Shown here: piece by piece, positions 34,291 to 38,014 of the stretch | How positions within the stretch are numbered: position 1 is the stretch's first letter | Layout of the letters: each line of letters begins with the position of its first letter | DNA from: Toensbergia leucococca | Lineage: Eukaryota | NCBI GenBank assembly: GCA_022813965.1 | Contig: JALDZS010000001.1 | Coordinates: 496,001 to 534,014 of the forward strand | DNA: 38,014 nt | Direction: 5' to 3' | Notes under the pieces: model-generated | Database searches by the model: none | Told to the model about the DNA's origin: nothing | What the model saw: the letters and a program-made list of their open reading frames with translations, nothing else | Program-made: the position numbers and the translations under genes

Positions 34291-37200
34291 TCACGAGCTC
34301 CGTCGCGTAACCAGCCATGTTGTTGGTATTGTAGCCTCTTGATACCTGTTAGCATTCTGTGTCATAACAAATTCTTTCATTTTCTTGATTCGCGAGTAGT
34401 TCGGCTGTCTATACTCTTTCGAGCGGAGTCTAGCTGTTCTCCGATTGACTTGTTCAAGGTCAACGATCCGCATCGCAGCGACATTCATCAAGGAGAAAAG
34501 GGACTCGTCTCCTTCAGTCCAAGCGTTGTGGACTTGCTCAGCCAACGCCTTGTCTCTAAGACCATCAGTATCACCTCCTTGTTCCCGGAGTTGGCGCACG
34601 CTGAGATCCGGATCAGCGCCACTTTTGAGTAGCATATGGAACACGGTGACATGTCTTCGTACTGCCGTGGCGCGTAAAGCGTCTCGAAAGCCACCTCCTT
34701 GGGCATTTGGGTGCGCACCTGAGTCTAGTAGCAGTTGAACAATACTCTCAAATCCTCTTGAAGCTGCCGCTTGCAGGACAGAGCCGTACTGACCGCCTCG
34801 GGCATTGACATTAGCCCCGTGTTTTAGTAGTAAATCTACAATAGCAAAGTGACCTCTTTCAGATGCAGCTGCTAGTGCATATCCATAGCCGCCTCCATAA
34901 GCATTGACATTGGCGCCACTTTCAAGGAGTAACAATACCTGGCTCTCGTGTCCGAATTGGCAGACTCTCTGCAACGCAGTATCGTGATTCTTCCTCTGAG
35001 AATTAACGTCGGCACCCTTTTGAATTAGGAGGTGAATGATAGGCTCGCAACCAGAGTAACATGCGGCCTCCAGAGGACTTCCAAACACCGAACCACCGTA
35101 ACAGTTGACATCTGCTCCTTTTTCAACCAAGACTCTTGCGACTACCTCGTGACTGTTGCTTGATGCGGCTACTAAGGCTGTACCATACTTACCACCAAGA
35201 GCGTTAATATCATAGTCCAAACGAAGTAGCTGCTTAATCGGCTCCACAAATCCCAATAAGGCTGCGTAATAAAGTGGGGAAGGGCCAGAGCCACGGACAT
35301 TGCTTGAGCCTCTTTTGATGTTAGGATCGTAAATAGTCAGCCAATTTTGGAAGGTTGTAATAGACGTCTGAAAAAGACGGTTGACCAAATTCTCAAGGAC
35401 CAAGTCTTCACAACTTTGAGTACCAATGATTCTTCCCCAAGTTCTAGCATGCTCGAACCAGAACTCAGCTGCATAACGCAGCAGCGGCATGGATCTAGTA
35501 TCCGGTGGTACAGCGTGTCTTTCTTCGTTTTGGAGAAGAACAATTAGGCAGTTACGTCCAATCGTTTCATTGGCTTCTTTTTCTGCGATAGCAAACCCCG
35601 CCGCCGGGCCTTGGGCGATGTGTTCTGAAAGTAGATACTCCTGGACAGAAGCGTGCGCAAAGCGAACACTTTTATGAACCTCAAGTTTACCACATATAGT
35701 TACTTCCTCTGTAGCCAAAGACACCAAAGTACGGCATATTCTTGGCACATCATATGGATCATATAATCTATCATCCGGATCGACAGACTGGGTACCAATC
35801 CTCATCGTTGCAGCTTCTGCTATCTCCTCGAGAGTTAAGGGGCGCTTCGAAAATGCAAGCCATTGCAATATCGCTCGTGCATCATCAATATCTGTATCGT
35901 CGATGCTCTCAAGGATCCGATCATACGTATCATACAATGTCTCTGGTAACACTTCAAGTGCTCTCTTGATGGCAGATGGCCTTCTGCAGACTCGTAATGC
36001 ATCGAGTTGACACACAGCCCATCGAAACCTAGAATTTTAGGATCTATTAGCAGTACCCTCCAAAGGGCTGAAAAGGGAATATTTGAATGACAAGAGTTTC
36101 AGAATAAATGATACTAATGACTGACATCCCATTTGCGCGTTTGCCAACTTCCAGCTCAATCATGTTTTTGATTTGGTCTGGCAATCTGCTCAGCCTTGGA
36201 TCTTCTTGGAGTCGAGACCGAATGTGAAGCTTGATATCGCTGTCTACTAACAAGCTTTTCGCCGCGATTGTTTCTGCGGCACATTTGCCCAAGGCAAACT
36301 CGATGTCATGTTCCTTGCGACTAGTCACAAAGGTGTGGTTCTTGTCAAATCCTTCACCAACCAATGATTGGAGTGATTGCAGCAATTCGGTTCTCCTTGT
36401 TTCGGAGTATTCATCTAAGGCGTCAATAAACATGAAAGTCTTGGTATCAAGAGCTTTTAGCACAGTTTGAATAATTGAGACTAAGGTCACGGCACTTAGC
36501 TGCTGGCCAGACGCCCGAAATTGAGCGCAAAACGTTTGAACGAGCTTTGGGAGTTGACGTGCTGCTACGCATATTTGCTTGAGTAGGGATCTTAAAAGGC
36601 TGCCCACATTCATATTGGAGCTGTCATTGAAATCGAAATAGTAATATACTGTGATTCCTGAACCAGAGATTTCGCATTTATTTTGCATTTCGTCGATGAC
36701 TGCGGAACTTACTGTGGCGTAAGCTCGCGAGCCTTGAGACATAGAGCAACAGAGCCTTACCACAGTATAGTTTTTCCGCATCCAGCTTTCACCAATTGTC
36801 AGATTTTAGCCGATGAGTGGATTCCAAAGAATACTAACGAATACCGTGAAGCCACGCAAGTCCCTTTGAACTAGACTCCCACCGGCGAAACTCATGTGAA
36901 TTCCAAAGCCATTGGGATGTGCCCGGCTCTCTCTGTTGGGCTGCTCGGTTGTGCTGTACCGAGGGATCGAGACTACTCAACCATTGCAGCATCTTGAGTT
37001 CCTCATCCTCTTGGGTAGACATCTTTGCATGGCCATGCTCGCCCTGGGCTGTGGCTAGGACGGAATGATGGGTGAGGTACACTACGTTATTACGAAGCTC
37101 TTTGGCAACAAGATGGACCCTTTCCTCTTGCTGCAAGCTCAGCACAGCTTTTTGGAAGCGCCTCAACGACGAGTCGGAGGTCGTTGGCAGAGTCTTTGTA

Positions 37201-37583
37201 AGAATCTTATCTAACATCTATCCATTTAATGTAGATTAGCAAGGGTCTTTGTCTTCAAGAAGACAGCAGTCCAACGGCCCCATGGAAAATTCGGATACTC
37301 GGAAGATTATGAGCATACCTCTACTTGCGAATGGCAAGCATTGACCACAGCAAGTACTACTTTTCGAGTGCCGTGATCATTAGTATGGAGTTCGATGTAG
37401 TCTTTGATTAAAACCAAGTCTGTCAACAGCAGCGGTAGCTGAATATTTATGTCTTTGGAAGACAGCCGGTATATCTTGTGCTTTGGAGCGAAAGTCGGTG
37501 AGGCGTGCCATGACTTTGGTGCCAAAGTCCACCAACTGTACGATGGAAGAGACAACGCCGACAACAGCCAGAGCTTCGGCCAT
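34291..37583 (-). pseudogene. Fungal NLR (SesA-like N-terminus, NACHT, ankyrin repeats), 5 exons, with a +1 frameshift in exon 1
   Basis: Exons 37583-37319, 37217-36839, 36785-36761, 36707-36126 and 36028-34291. Has MAEALAVVGVVSSIVQLVDFG (SesA-like), REPGTSQW, Walker A HGIPGCGKTILC, YYYFDFND, Walker B FIDALDE, MFRWAVCQLD, RFAHASVQEYL and about 7 ankyrin repeats. An extra C near 37457 gives a stop at 37380; without it the protein is about 995 aa. Confidence 0.85.
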
Positions 37584-38014
37584 TGAGAAAACCGAGGTCA
37601 GCGCCACTGCACGTACAGTGTTTCATCCAAGGCAACGAGAGTGATAACTTCGCTGTCCTGTCTCCATGCATCCTTGACGAGGCGTTCAAGTGGCAGCTAT
37701 TCGGACTTGACTTGTCTACAAGGTGGAGAATGCAGATACTGTTGAGTATGAGGACATCAGAGGGCACACCGCGTGTGCAGTGAATCACCTACTTGAATGC
37801 TGACTGTCATTGATGACTTGGCTTCTCCTCGTAATTAAGGTACCTTACCTTACGTACCTAGGTTTATGGCGGATCACGTGCCCTAGCCTTACTCGTACTC
37901 GTACGAGGTCAATTTTTAAAGTATTGCAAATGGCCAACGTAGGAACTGCGGCTTGGCATAGAACAGGTCAGTTATCGTGATTTTCACCTATTCTACAAGT
38001 ATGAACATCAATTC

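Noticed and set aside
37836..37907. Cluster of short palindromes (AAGGTACCTT, ACCTAGGT, CACGTG, CTCGTACGAG) upstream of the NLR
   Set aside because: Such TAC/GTA-rich palindromes are common in fungal intergenic DNA, and no specific function can be supported.

Overview
Eukaryotic DNA from a filamentous ascomycete (Pezizomycotina): short GT-AG introns with CTRAC-type branch points, about one gene per 2.5 kb. A lichen-forming lineage is plausible but cannot be shown from sequence alone. Left to right: a decayed Zrt1-type ZIP zinc transporter that still has zinc-response-like promoter motifs; a ~217-bp MITE-like element; a small lipocalin-like gene; an intronless AtuA(DUF1446)-DUF4387 fusion gene; a CpG-free AT-rich island; a 3-exon secreted Cys/Thr-rich protein; IPK1; ECM15; a PLC-like phosphodiesterase; a head-to-head pair of F-box-like paralogues (one decaying); a paraoxonase; a SAM methyltransferase; a secreted SMP-30-like beta-propeller; a PRISE-like SDR broken by an internal deletion; a DJ-1/PfpI protein lacking the catalytic Cys; an NCS1 permease; a second CpG-free island; and a SesA-NACHT-ankyrin NLR gene with a 1-nt frameshift in its effector domain. 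I found no rRNA, tRNA, CRISPR array or intact transposase. Family assignments rest on motif recognition, not database searches. The best leads for unexplored biology are the AtuA-DUF4387 fusion, the disarmed NLR, the F-box-like pair, the Cys-less DJ-1, the CpG-free islands and a recurrent 5'-C-rich/3'-G-rich polarity within genes.
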